Position numbers and translations under genes: made by a program
Origin: Chthoniobacteraceae bacterium
GTDB lineage: Bacteria > Verrucomicrobiota > Verrucomicrobiia > Chthoniobacterales > Chthoniobacteraceae
Direction of reading: 5' to 3'
Length of the DNA stretch: 64,000 nt
Assembly: GCA_031409335.1 (NCBI GenBank)
Contig: JANNWY010000170.1
Location: forward strand, 96,001 to 160,000
Shown: in pieces, positions 42,927 to 52,442 of the stretch
Layout of the letters: every line of letters starts with the position of its first letter
Position numbering within the stretch: position 1 is the first letter of the stretch
Notes under the pieces: model-generated
The model's database searches: none
What the model was told of the DNA's origin: nothing
The model's input: the letters and a program-made list of their open reading frames with translations, nothing else

Positions 42927-44345
42927 TCAATACGCCGTTTTCGGCGGACGGAGCATTTGCCAGGCAGTCCGTAGAATGATGTGCCAGTCCATCCCGAGCG
43001 ACCAGTTTTCCAAATAGTAAACGTCAGAGCGCACGCGATCGACGACGTCTTCCGGTTTCCGCGCTTCGCCGCGAAATCCGCGCACTTGCGCCAATCCGGT
43101 GATGCCTGGCTTTACGAAACTGCGGAGCCGGTAAGCATCGGCGACGCGCCCGAATTCCAGATCATGCTCGACCATGTGCGGGCGGGGACCGACTACGCTC
43201 ATTTCGCCGACGAGCACGTTGATGAACTGCGGCAGTTCATCAATGCTCAAGCGGCGGAGCCAACGCCCGAAAGCAAATACGCGCGGGTCCATTTCGGTCG
43301 CTTGGATTCTCTCGTCCGAGTTGTGGACGGCCATTGTGCGAAACTTGTAGATCGCGAACGCCTTGAAACGGATGCCGGTGCGCCGCTGCTTGAAAAAGAG
43401 CGGGCCGGGCGACTGGAGCCGATGACCGAACCACACGAGGATGGAAAGCAAGGGAAGAATGAAAACCACTACTGGAAGCGAGACGCAGATATCCAAAGTG
43501 CGCTTCAGGACGCGGTTGAAGGGGCATTCCAAGGGCTCTTCGCGCAGGCTGATGAAACGAACCCCGCCGTCCTCAAAAAAGAAAACCGTCCGCTGAAAGC
43601 TTTCGCAAATGTGTTTTTCGATGTCATTGACGATCAGCAGCCGGATCCCGAGCTGCTCGCACTGCGCACCGATGGCGGCGGCCTGCGAGATCGCATCGGG
43701 CATCGCGAGAAGGATCACCTGGGTCGCCCCGGAAGTGTTCGCGAGGACGGCTAAATCCGCAGGATTGCCGATGATCGGCCACGGCAGATCGCCGACAGGC
43801 TCGCGCTCGTCCGTAACCAGGCCCACGATATCCACGCCATACCGAGATTTGCTTTCGATCCACGGCATGATGCGCCGCGCGAGTGAGGGGCTGCCAAGCA
43901 GCAGCGTGCGTTCGCGACGACCGGAATCGAAGAGCGACGCGGCAATGACGCGGGGAAGGGTGCGATTCAAGACAGTGAGCGCTCCGTAAAGGACCGGTAT
44001 GAACGAGAAAAGGAAGACGCGGGAGATGGCGGTGTCCTTTTGCGCGACGAGGAAAAGCAAAAGGACGCCCAGCACGGTCAGGGTTTGCCGGAGGGAGAGT
44101 TTCAATACCCCGATCAAGTCGAGCTGCAGAAGGTCGGTATCGTGGATCTTCGAGACAACGAGATCAATGCCAAGGGCCGCCATGATGACGCCCATGTAAA
44201 TCGCGTATCTGGAATGCGTTACCGGTGTCCCCGCGAGCCGGAAGGAAAAATGCAGCGCAATCCACATCCAGAACAGCCCCGCCGCGACTCCCGCGATCAG
44301 GATGCTGTGTAAAACCGTGACTCCTCTGACTCGGTATGTAATCAT
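42927..44345 (-). CDS. Priming polyprenyl-phosphate glycosylphosphotransferase (WcaJ/WbaP-like)
   Basis: N-terminal TM helices; KRTLD, KFRTM, DPRV...G..LRR.SIDELPQF.NVL.GEMSVVGPRP, KPGITGLAQV. Confidence 0.93.
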   Translation of the reverse strand: MITYRVRGVTVLHSILIAGVAAGLFWMWIALHFSFRLAGTPVTHSRYAIYMGVIMAALGIDLVVSKIHDTDLLQLDLIGVLKLSLRQTLTVLGVLLLFLVAQKDTAISRVFLFSFIPVLYGALTVLNRTLPRVIAASLFDSGRRERTLLLGSPSLARRIMPWIESKSRYGVDIVGLVTDEREPVGDLPWPIIGNPADLAVLANTSGATQVILLAMPDAISQAAAIGAQCEQLGIRLLIVNDIEKHICESFQRTVFFFEDGGVRFISLREEPLECPFNRVLKRTLDICVSLPVVVFILPLLSILVWFGHRLQSPGPLFFKQRRTGIRFKAFAIYKFRTMAVHNSDERIQATEMDPRVFAFGRWLRRLSIDELPQFINVLVGEMSVVGPRPHMVEHDLEFGRVADAYRLRSFVKPGITGLAQVRGFRGEARKPEDVVDRVRSDVYYLENWSLGMDWHIILRTAWQMLRPPKTAY

Positions 44346-44702
44346 CTTCGTTGCTTGATGTGTCGTGTTGAATCAGTTCGCGATCTGCTATTCAGGATCG
44401 CGAATTTTGGGCCGCAAAGTTACGGGATTTTGCGGCGGTAGCGCAACCGGAAAAACACCTATTTTTCTGTAGTCCGAAATTCGCGCGACGGTAGGAAAGG
44501 CATGGGCTAAACGCGGTATAACTTGATTGTATAAGAATGTTTCGAGAAGCATTGAGGACATGCAACCCCGCCGACGAATGAACGAGTTTGCGACGAACGA
44601 GGTAGCAAGCGCTATTCCGATGTTTAGGTTCCGGTCATTTGCCGCCGTGCAGTTGCTTTCAAATCTTTTCCCGAAACGGGCGAAGCGGCTTCCAGTCGTA
44701 AA

Positions 44703-46982
44703 GTGGCCAAGAACCGATCAAGCGTGAAAAATCTCGGCATCGATAGCTATCGGGACGCCTTCGTGAATGCGGTTGAAGGCCTCTTCCGATCGACCCTAGA
44801 TGGGCAATGGATCGAAGTAAATTTAGCTCTGGCAAATATTTGCGGATACGATTCGCCGAAAGAATTCACGTCTTCGATAGCGGACTTGAACACGCAACTT
44901 TACATCGAGCCCGGAAGGCGCACGGAGTTCTTGCGGCAGATGGAGAAGGACGGGCGGGTGGCGGACTTTGAATCAGAGGTCAGGCGAAAGGATGGACGGG
45001 CGATTTGGATTTCAGAGTTTGCCCGCACTGTCGTCAATGAGAAGAAGGAGCCCCTCTATTTTGAGGGCAGCGTTATCGATATCTCGTCGCACAAGCGGGC
45101 GGAGTTGGCGCTGAGGAAAAATGAGGAGGAGTTCAGGCTTTTGGTGGAGACGACGAACGTCGTTCCGTGGGAAGCGGACTTGAAGACCGGGCGATTCTTT
45201 TACGTCGGTCCGCAAGCGGTCCCATTTCTCGGTTTTCCAATCGCAGACTGGATGCAGGAAGGGTTTTGGGTCAACCGCCTGCATCCGGAAGATCGCGAAT
45301 GGGTGACGATTACGCGATCGGAAGCGGTGGAAAAGGGAAAAAGTTTCGAATGTGAATACCGGATGCTGCGAGCCGACGGGCGGGTCGTGTGGGTGCGCGA
45401 TATGTTGAGCGTAATCCCCTCGGCGGAAGCGGGTTCGATCCTCGGAGGATTCATGCTGGATGTCACCTACCGGCGGTTCACCGAGGAGTCGCTGAGAGAA
45501 AGTCGATATTTTATCGAGCAGATCGCGAGCGCGTCGCCGGTGATACTTTATCTTTACGACGTGGCGGAACGACGGTGCCTCTATTTGAATGGGCTGGTTG
45601 ATAAGATCTTGGGCTACTCCACGTGGAATCTGGTGGAAATGAGTCCTCTATTCACCCTCGCGCTCGCCCACCCGGCGGAATTCGACGCCCATGTGGCGCA
45701 CTTTGAAAATCTCGCCCGAGCGACGGAAGGCCAAGTCGTGGAATGGGAGTTCAGACTTCGCGGCGCGGGCGGAAATTGGGTGTGGCTTCACAGCCGGGAC
45801 ACCGTTTTCAAGGTCTGCCCCGACGGGCGTCCGCTGCAGGTCGTCGCGGTTGCCACCGACATTACCGCGCACCGCGCCGTGCTCGACAGGCTGGCGAGCA
45901 ACGAAGCGTTTTTTAGAAAATTGGCGGAAACGACCGGGATGATTCCGTTCGAGTTCGAAATGCGATCGGGCAGCTTCACTTACATCGGTCCGCAGGCGGA
46001 GTTTCTGTTCGGCCACGCGCTGGCCCAATGGGCGACACCTGGATTTTGGCAGTCCATCATCCATCCGGAGGACTCCCACGCTGCCGGGCGATTCGCGACG
46101 GTGCCTTCGGCAGACGGCGAGCGGGACGTTCACGGGGAATTTCGCTTGAGGAAAAGCGATGGAACATTTGTTTGGGTGAGGCAAGTCGTCCGCTATGATC
46201 CAGGCGACGATCAGGGCGGACGCGCGCGTGGTTTCCTTTTCGATATCAGCGAAGCGAAGGCCATCGAACACGAGCGGGAAAGATCGCGGCGCCAATTGCG
46301 CGAACTGGGCCTCCGCAATCAATCAGCCCGCGAGGAGGAAAGGATCAGTGTTGCCCGGGAAATTCACGACGAGTTGGGTCAGGCGCTGACGTTGTTTCGC
46401 ATTGAACTGACGTGGCTCGAAAATCGAATGTCCAAGGTGCTTTCCGAACGCGGCGCCGAGCCGGTAGTTCGCAAGATCGGTCAAATGAAACGGATGCTGG
46501 ATGGAACCCTGCAAACCGTCAGGCGAATCACAACCAACCTGCGCCCTCCCGTTTTGGACGAACTCGGATTGCGCGCGGCGATCGAATGGCAGGCCGAGGG
46601 ATTCTCCCGGAGAGTCGGCATCCGCTGCGAAGTCGATGCCCAATCAATCGAGTGTTCGTGCAAAGACACATCGACCGCACTTTTCCGGATATTTCAGGAG
46701 ATTCTTACCAACGTTGCCCGACATGCGCAGGCGTCGCGAGTTCGGGTGAAACTTCACTGCGAACTCGGTTGTTTCGTCTTGATCGTGTCCGACAACGGTC
46801 GTGGATTCGCCACGGAATCCGGCGCAAAGCCGAATAGTTTCGGATTGTTGGGCATGGGCGAAAGAGCTGAAGCTCTCGGGGGCCGGTTGGAAATCTCGTC
46901 TGGCTTGGCTCAAGGCACCACGGTGACTGTGCGCCTTCCGATTCGAGAAGATCCGCCCGAATCCCTGGAAGACCCGCCCTGA
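44703..46982 (+). CDS. Cytoplasmic multi-PAS sensor histidine kinase (HisKA_3, NarX/UhpB type)
   Basis: About four PAS/PAC units (HPED, EYR...DG...W); H-box AREIHDELGQ; QE.LTNVARHA, DNGRGF, GLLGM.ER. No TM helix seen; start may be 44724. Confidence 0.92.
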   Translation: MAKNRSSVKNLGIDSYRDAFVNAVEGLFRSTLDGQWIEVNLALANICGYDSPKEFTSSIADLNTQLYIEPGRRTEFLRQMEKDGRVADFESEVRRKDGRAIWISEFARTVVNEKKEPLYFEGSVIDISSHKRAELALRKNEEEFRLLVETTNVVPWEADLKTGRFFYVGPQAVPFLGFPIADWMQEGFWVNRLHPEDREWVTITRSEAVEKGKSFECEYRMLRADGRVVWVRDMLSVIPSAEAGSILGGFMLDVTYRRFTEESLRESRYFIEQIASASPVILYLYDVAERRCLYLNGLVDKILGYSTWNLVEMSPLFTLALAHPAEFDAHVAHFENLARATEGQVVEWEFRLRGAGGNWVWLHSRDTVFKVCPDGRPLQVVAVATDITAHRAVLDRLASNEAFFRKLAETTGMIPFEFEMRSGSFTYIGPQAEFLFGHALAQWATPGFWQSIIHPEDSHAAGRFATVPSADGERDVHGEFRLRKSDGTFVWVRQVVRYDPGDDQGGRARGFLFDISEAKAIEHERERSRRQLRELGLRNQSAREEERISVAREIHDELGQALTLFRIELTWLENRMSKVLSERGAEPVVRKIGQMKRMLDGTLQTVRRITTNLRPPVLDELGLRAAIEWQAEGFSRRVGIRCEVDAQSIECSCKDTSTALFRIFQEILTNVARHAQASRVRVKLHCELGCFVLIVSDNGRGFATESGAKPNSFGLLGMGERAEALGGRLEISSGLAQGTTVTVRLPIREDPPESLEDPP

Positions 46983-47094
46983 TTCTCAACTTCGACAAAA
47001 ATACGTGGTTTGCGCGATTATTGCTCTAGTCTGCCTCAGTTGACCGCGTTTGAAAGTTCATTATATGGACGATCAGCGTTGAGAATCCATAATT

Positions 47095-47751
47095 ATGGCA
47101 AAAAATATAAAGATACTCATTGTTGACGATCATTTTATCGTCAGACAGGGGCTGAAGCAGGTTTTGAAAGAGCATTTCAAACACGCTGAATTCGGCGAGG
47201 CGAGTGATGGCCGGGAGGCACTCGACAAAGTTTGGGAAACGCAATGGGACGTCGTCCTCCTCGACATCAGTATGCCTGGCCGTGGAGGTTTGGATGCTCT
47301 CAAAGATCTCAAGCAAGCGCGCCCGGAGCTTCCGATCATCATTTTGAGCATGCATTCAGAGGATCAGTTCGCGATTCGAGTGATGAAACTTGGCGCGTGC
47401 GCCTACATTCGGAAAGACAGCGCCGGGCAGGATTTGGTGACCGGAGTCGAAGCTGCATTGAGAGGTGCACGCTACATCACCGCGAGCTTGGCAGAAAAAT
47501 TGGCGAATCACCTTCAGGAAGACCGCAAGGGGCCTGTTCACGAGGAACTGTCGGATCGCGAATATCAAGTGATGTGCATGATTGCCGCAGGCAAAACGGT
47601 GAAAGAGGTCGCCGGAGGGCTCTCGTTGAGCGTGAAAACGGTCTCCACTTATCGAAAACGCGTCATCGAAAAAATGGGACTTAAGAATAATTCTCAGATA
47701 ATGCGCTACGCTGTCCGGCACGGGCTGGTCGATGTCGATGCGTCTGCTTAA
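47095..47751 (+). CDS. NarL/LuxR family response regulator
   Basis: ILIVDDH, LLDISMPG, LSDREYQV, LSLSVKTVSTYR. Confidence 0.95.
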   Translation: MAKNIKILIVDDHFIVRQGLKQVLKEHFKHAEFGEASDGREALDKVWETQWDVVLLDISMPGRGGLDALKDLKQARPELPIIILSMHSEDQFAIRVMKLGACAYIRKDSAGQDLVTGVEAALRGARYITASLAEKLANHLQEDRKGPVHEELSDREYQVMCMIAAGKTVKEVAGGLSLSVKTVSTYRKRVIEKMGLKNNSQIMRYAVRHGLVDVDASA

Positions 47752-47787
47752 TCGTTCCTGGGCAGCTTCTCGATTCAGGGTCGCTAC

Positions 47788-47812
47788 CCGCTTCCACGCA
47801 GCGGTTTTTTTT
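47788..47812 (+). terminator. Possible intrinsic terminator after the response regulator
   Basis: CCGCT-7nt-AGCGG followed by eight T's; the stem is short. Confidence 0.4.
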
Positions 47813-48129
47813 GAAGATATTTCCCGTCGCTCCAAAGTTCGATGCGATATAATGCGGTCCCGATCAAGCGTCCTACACAGCATTCAGCCGTTCCCCCATT
47901 TGCCACCTGCTGCTCCCTGAATACGCTTCACTTATCGAGTTGAGCCGGATTTAGTTGTCGCCTCCCAGCGATGCGCCCGCTTCAGGTGATGCGAGCACGA
48001 AAATGACAAGCCACACTGAAACGGTTGCAGTTTTGCCTGCCGACCAAGTGCGGCAGCCTGCCTCGAAATGCAGAAATTTATCCAGCGATTCCCTTCATTC
48101 GATCGCAGACTTTGACTGGCAATAGTCAC

Positions 48130-49692
48130 ATGCGTGCGCTAGCCGACACTGACCACGATTCCACCCCACCCGGTTGGATGCACATCATTCTCGTTGTATC
48201 GATTCCGGTGATTGCATGGAGTGCGTTTATCAGGAAAATGACGACGGATTGGTCCACGAACAGCCAGTATGAATTTGGCTACTTCGTCCCGTTCTTCATC
48301 CTCTATCTGCTCGCGCGCCGCTGGGGATCAAGGCCTCCTGCTTCGCGAGATTTGTCCACTCGCCTCGCAGCCATCCTTGGCATTGGAATTCTGCTACTCT
48401 TGCTCCCCATCCGAATCATCCAAGAAGCGAGTCCAGACTGGCGTCCCCTCAATTGGCTCCACGGAACTCTGCTCGTGATCTTGAGCTTGGTGCCATTTGC
48501 GATCATCGGTGGCTGGGCGTGGGTCCGTCATTTTTCACTCCCGTTCCTGCTAATCTTTGCTGCCCTTCCGTGGCCGCTAAGCACCGAGCAAGCAGTGTTG
48601 CAGGGTCTCTCGCGAGTAGTCACCACGTTCACGGTGGAACTGCTAAACATGATCAACATTCCCGCCCTCCAAAGGGGCAATGTAATCGACATGGCGGCCG
48701 GCTCGGTCGGAGTTGCGGACGCATGCAGCGGCATCCGATCCCTCGCGGGAACACTGATGGCCTCGATCTTCTTCGGTGAGTTTTTCCGACTTGGCGCAAC
48801 AAACCGGCTGATCCTCGTTTTAGGGGGATGCCTAATCTCATTCGGACTCAATCTATTCCGGGCATTCTTCCTCAGTTGGCGCGCCGCGGTGGAAGGCCTC
48901 CAATCGATCGAGAAGTGGCACGACCCCGCAGGATTGACGATATTCGCAATCTCGTTTGCTGGCCTCTGGTTTCTTGCAAATTGGATGACGAAAGGAGAAC
49001 CCCAACCCAATCTGCCCGACCCGGAGAAGTTCCAGCTCCCGAGTTTTGGTTACAAATGGATCGTGCCCGGCGTGTTATGGACCATCGCGATCGGTGTGAT
49101 TTCCGAAATGTGGTATCGAAACCGAGAAGGAAAACGACCCGTCCCGATCGCCTGGAGCTTGGAATGGCCACCAGAAAGTGCATCATTCAAGTTCACTCCC
49201 GTTCCCCCGGAAACCCGCGCGATCTTACGCTATTCAAGCGGCAAATCCGCGTCATTCCGCTGGAACGACGGCTCTGCCTGGCAAGTGTTCTTCTTTCACT
49301 GGGCTCCCGGAAAATCATCGGTCCAACTGGCGACCATGCACCGCCCGGAGGTGTGTCTGCCGGCTGTGGGTTTCCGATATGTTTCGGAGGCGAGTGCTCT
49401 CGAAATGTCACTCCCCGGCGTCACATTGCCATTCTCTGGGGGCATTTTTGATTGCGAAAGCGGTCGTGTCTATGTCTATCGTTGTTTATGGGAAGATTTT
49501 CCAATTATCGGGCTCACAAGAGATCGAAATTTCGACATGAGTGTGACCGGGCGCTTGCTCAGCGCCTGGCACGGTCGCCGAAACTTGGGGCAGCGTCTTC
49601 TTCAAGTAGTCATTCAAGGAGCCCCAAGCGAGGAGTCTGCAAGGGAGCAACTTCGCACCAAATTAGCGGACTTAGTTGAACTCAAAGGATGA
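48130..49692 (+). CDS. Exosortase with C-terminal EpsI-like domain
   Basis: W....Y.FG..VP, about 8 TM helices, catalytic triad VADACSGIRS / N.FR / WHD..G; C-terminal HRPEVCLP..G. Confidence 0.9.
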   Translation: MRALADTDHDSTPPGWMHIILVVSIPVIAWSAFIRKMTTDWSTNSQYEFGYFVPFFILYLLARRWGSRPPASRDLSTRLAAILGIGILLLLLPIRIIQEASPDWRPLNWLHGTLLVILSLVPFAIIGGWAWVRHFSLPFLLIFAALPWPLSTEQAVLQGLSRVVTTFTVELLNMINIPALQRGNVIDMAAGSVGVADACSGIRSLAGTLMASIFFGEFFRLGATNRLILVLGGCLISFGLNLFRAFFLSWRAAVEGLQSIEKWHDPAGLTIFAISFAGLWFLANWMTKGEPQPNLPDPEKFQLPSFGYKWIVPGVLWTIAIGVISEMWYRNREGKRPVPIAWSLEWPPESASFKFTPVPPETRAILRYSSGKSASFRWNDGSAWQVFFFHWAPGKSSVQLATMHRPEVCLPAVGFRYVSEASALEMSLPGVTLPFSGGIFDCESGRVYVYRCLWEDFPIIGLTRDRNFDMSVTGRLLSAWHGRRNLGQRLLQVVIQGAPSEESAREQLRTKLADLVELKG

Positions 49693-49721
49693 GCCTTTCG
49701 AATCAATAGGCGGGTAGCTCC

Positions 49722-51347
49722 ATGATAGATAACGGGACAATTGCAGCCAAAAAACAGCGCTGGCCAATCGTGAAAAACGCCTTCTTTCGGTTGAAAATGG
49801 CTGTTGGAATAGTTTGGTGTGTATCTGCTTTCACGATTCCGCTTTTTCACGCGACCCATGCGCTGGCAAGCGATCAGTCGGCGCAGATCTCGACTGCGGC
49901 GAAAGCAAAGGCAACTCAGGAGACGCCTTCGTGGGAAGAGCCCAACCTATTCCCTCAAGACTTGCCGGACTTGACGACAGCGAATCGCCCGAATCGCAAA
50001 CCACGATCATCCAATGAAACTGACGGGCGCAATCCGCCAACACCCATAGAGACTAGCGAGACGAATCAAACGACTCAGGACGTTTCTTCCACCTCATTTC
50101 GATCCAAACTCGGAGACCTCAGCTTCCCCGAAACTCCGGCGATCGGCTTGGATTCAAACCATCAGAGAGACGCCATCCTTGCGAAGTTGCAAAATGAGGA
50201 GCCAACCCAACCTTACAACATCAAAATTGGGCGACTTCCATTGTTGATGCGGGGAGGCTTTAGCGCTGAATTCACAGACAATATAAGGCGATCGAAACAG
50301 AACAAGAATGCGGAACTCACAATGATTCCGCGATTGGATATCTCGGGCTTTGTCAAACTTGGGTCGAAATTGAGTCTCTCTATCGGATTCGGTGTGGGAT
50401 ACATCAAACACGTGGCCGACAGTGGTAACGATCGATTCTTAGTATCCGCTCCCATTTCGCTCACGCCAGATAGCGGGATATCATTGAACATTAAGATCGG
50501 AAAATTCCTTATTAACGTGTATGACAGACCTACGCTACCCCAGTTCCAGGCCGACGCTGTGACTCAACGCCAGCAGAACCAATACAGCCAATTCACCAAT
50601 ATTGCAGGGATCAGGGCGTTCTGGGACGTGAATAGCAGTACAAGCGTTTCCTTTGAATATGCGCACGTGAATTCTTTTTCGTTTTCGTCGGACCAAAACA
50701 CAAGTGACGGGTCAACTAATTCATTCATGGCGTCGCTCTCATATAAACTGAGTGATTCCCTCGGCCTTGGAATCAATGCCAGTGCTGAGAAAACGACTTA
50801 CGACAGCGACTTCCGAAACAATGGGACTACTTACCATATCGGTCCTTCTGCATCGCTGCAGTTGTCCAGATTTCTCCGCGTTCAGGCGAGTGTGGGATAT
50901 CAGGGAGGTTCCTATGGCAACTCGGGATCTGTTGCTGACAGCTCGGCGCTCGGGACTTTTTTTGCAAGTGTCCGTATCGAAAACGAACTCAATAGTCATA
51001 TCTCTCACAGCCTCGCCCTCGGCAGACAATCACAGCAGGGTTCAGTGTCGAATTTCGCGGTAACAAATTACGTCAGATATTACATCGGATGGGATCTGGT
51101 GCGAGGTGTCAATATTGGCGCGAATGCTTCGTTTGAAGATATCGAAGAGTCGGGTGGATTGTTTGCCGCACATTTCCGAACCTTTGCACTCGGAGTATCC
51201 TGCAGCACCCAGCTTACGAAACGAATTACGCTAAGTTTACTGTATTCCTTCACGACCCGATATGTGATCGATGACGCGGGTTCTCAAAACTCCTTGCTGG
51301 ACTACAATGAAAATCGAATCAGCCTCTTCATGGGATATACGTTCTAA
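49722..51347 (+). CDS. Outer-membrane beta-barrel protein of the polysaccharide/PEP-CTERM locus
   Basis: Signal-like N-terminus, alternating strands, EFTDNI, C-terminal Y.ENRISL..GYTF (terminal Phe). True start probably 49770 or 49797. Confidence 0.75.
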   Translation: MIDNGTIAAKKQRWPIVKNAFFRLKMAVGIVWCVSAFTIPLFHATHALASDQSAQISTAAKAKATQETPSWEEPNLFPQDLPDLTTANRPNRKPRSSNETDGRNPPTPIETSETNQTTQDVSSTSFRSKLGDLSFPETPAIGLDSNHQRDAILAKLQNEEPTQPYNIKIGRLPLLMRGGFSAEFTDNIRRSKQNKNAELTMIPRLDISGFVKLGSKLSLSIGFGVGYIKHVADSGNDRFLVSAPISLTPDSGISLNIKIGKFLINVYDRPTLPQFQADAVTQRQQNQYSQFTNIAGIRAFWDVNSSTSVSFEYAHVNSFSFSSDQNTSDGSTNSFMASLSYKLSDSLGLGINASAEKTTYDSDFRNNGTTYHIGPSASLQLSRFLRVQASVGYQGGSYGNSGSVADSSALGTFFASVRIENELNSHISHSLALGRQSQQGSVSNFAVTNYVRYYIGWDLVRGVNIGANASFEDIEESGGLFAAHFRTFALGVSCSTQLTKRITLSLLYSFTTRYVIDDAGSQNSLLDYNENRISLFMGYTF

Positions 51348-51513
51348 GACCCAGAACAGCACACGCACTTGCGCCATCATGGACCACTATGCGATTCAAA
51401 TGCACAGCCAAATATTCGGGCCAATGTTCAGCATGCCGGATTTCAAATTCGATTTCATTTTGCACGGCGCAAGCTCTCTTGAATTCTCAAGAATGCGCAA
51501 AACTAATTATCAT

Positions 51514-52371
51514 ATGAAGTTCCTGCATATTATTTCACTGGCGACAGTCTTGTTCTTCTCGGGACAATTCGTCCCTGCCGCACAAGGCGCAGAGATTAAG
51601 GCCCCGCGAGGCAGTGTCGCGGAGAAAGGGAGGCCAAAGGGGATGTTGACCCGACCAGAAGGTAAAATTGAGCAATTGATCGGCGATAGCCGTTCGGAGC
51701 CGGCGCTTTTCAATGATCCGCCTTCTTCATCGATTCCCGTCAGAAAAGCACTTCAAGTTGAACCAGACCCGGAAGAAAAGAATGAAGGATCGAGTGCTGC
51801 TTTCCTACCCAACACGATGGATGGTCTAAACGATAAACGAAATCTAACGAGCGGTGACAGATTGAGTTTCAAAGTGGTGGAAGACGAGAGTCTGCCTCGC
51901 GGATTAACTGTTACGGATTCTATGGAGATTGATGTTCCTTATCTTGGACGTGTATCCGCAGTAAATAAAACATGCAAACAGTTCGCTTATCACGTCAAGC
52001 GACTTCTGGAAAAGGAGTATTACTTCCAAGCGACAGTGATCGTCGGTTTGGATTCGGCCGGCAGTTCAGGGCGCGTGGCCTCCAGAGGAAAATTCTATCT
52101 TATGGGGCAAGTGCGCAATCAAGGTGCGATGGATATACCCGCAGACGAGGTCTTAAAAGTCACCACTGCAATCCTGCGGGCTGGGGGCTTTGGGCCATAC
52201 GCAAACAAGCGAAAGGTGAGACTTGTTCGGGCAACGAAAGATGGCCAGAAAGCCAAGCCGAAGATTATTGATTGCGCTGAGATACTCGACGATGGACTCT
52301 GGGACAAGGACGTCGAAATCATTCCAGGCGACGTCATCACGGTTCCAGAAAGACTAATCAACATTTTTTAG
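51514..52371 (+). CDS. Polysaccharide export protein (Wza/OPX-like, SLBB domain)
   Basis: L..GD.L...V.ED, I.VPYLG.V, MGQVR..G, AI..AGGF...AN...V...R, PGDVI.VPE. Confidence 0.88.
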   Translation: MKFLHIISLATVLFFSGQFVPAAQGAEIKAPRGSVAEKGRPKGMLTRPEGKIEQLIGDSRSEPALFNDPPSSSIPVRKALQVEPDPEEKNEGSSAAFLPNTMDGLNDKRNLTSGDRLSFKVVEDESLPRGLTVTDSMEIDVPYLGRVSAVNKTCKQFAYHVKRLLEKEYYFQATVIVGLDSAGSSGRVASRGKFYLMGQVRNQGAMDIPADEVLKVTTAILRAGGFGPYANKRKVRLVRATKDGQKAKPKIIDCAEILDDGLWDKDVEIIPGDVITVPERLINIF

Positions 52372-52442
52372 GACGAACCATTGGACTGGCAGTTGCAAGG
52401 GCAGAAAATAATGGACGTGTAGCAATTCACTGACCGCATAAA

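Noticed and set aside
44434..44445. ops-like GGCGGTAGCGCA at the head of the glycan locus
   Set aside because: A short GC-rich match that can arise by chance; it lacks JUMPstart context, lies about 260 bp upstream of the kinase gene, and no RfaH/NusG paralogue is in the window.
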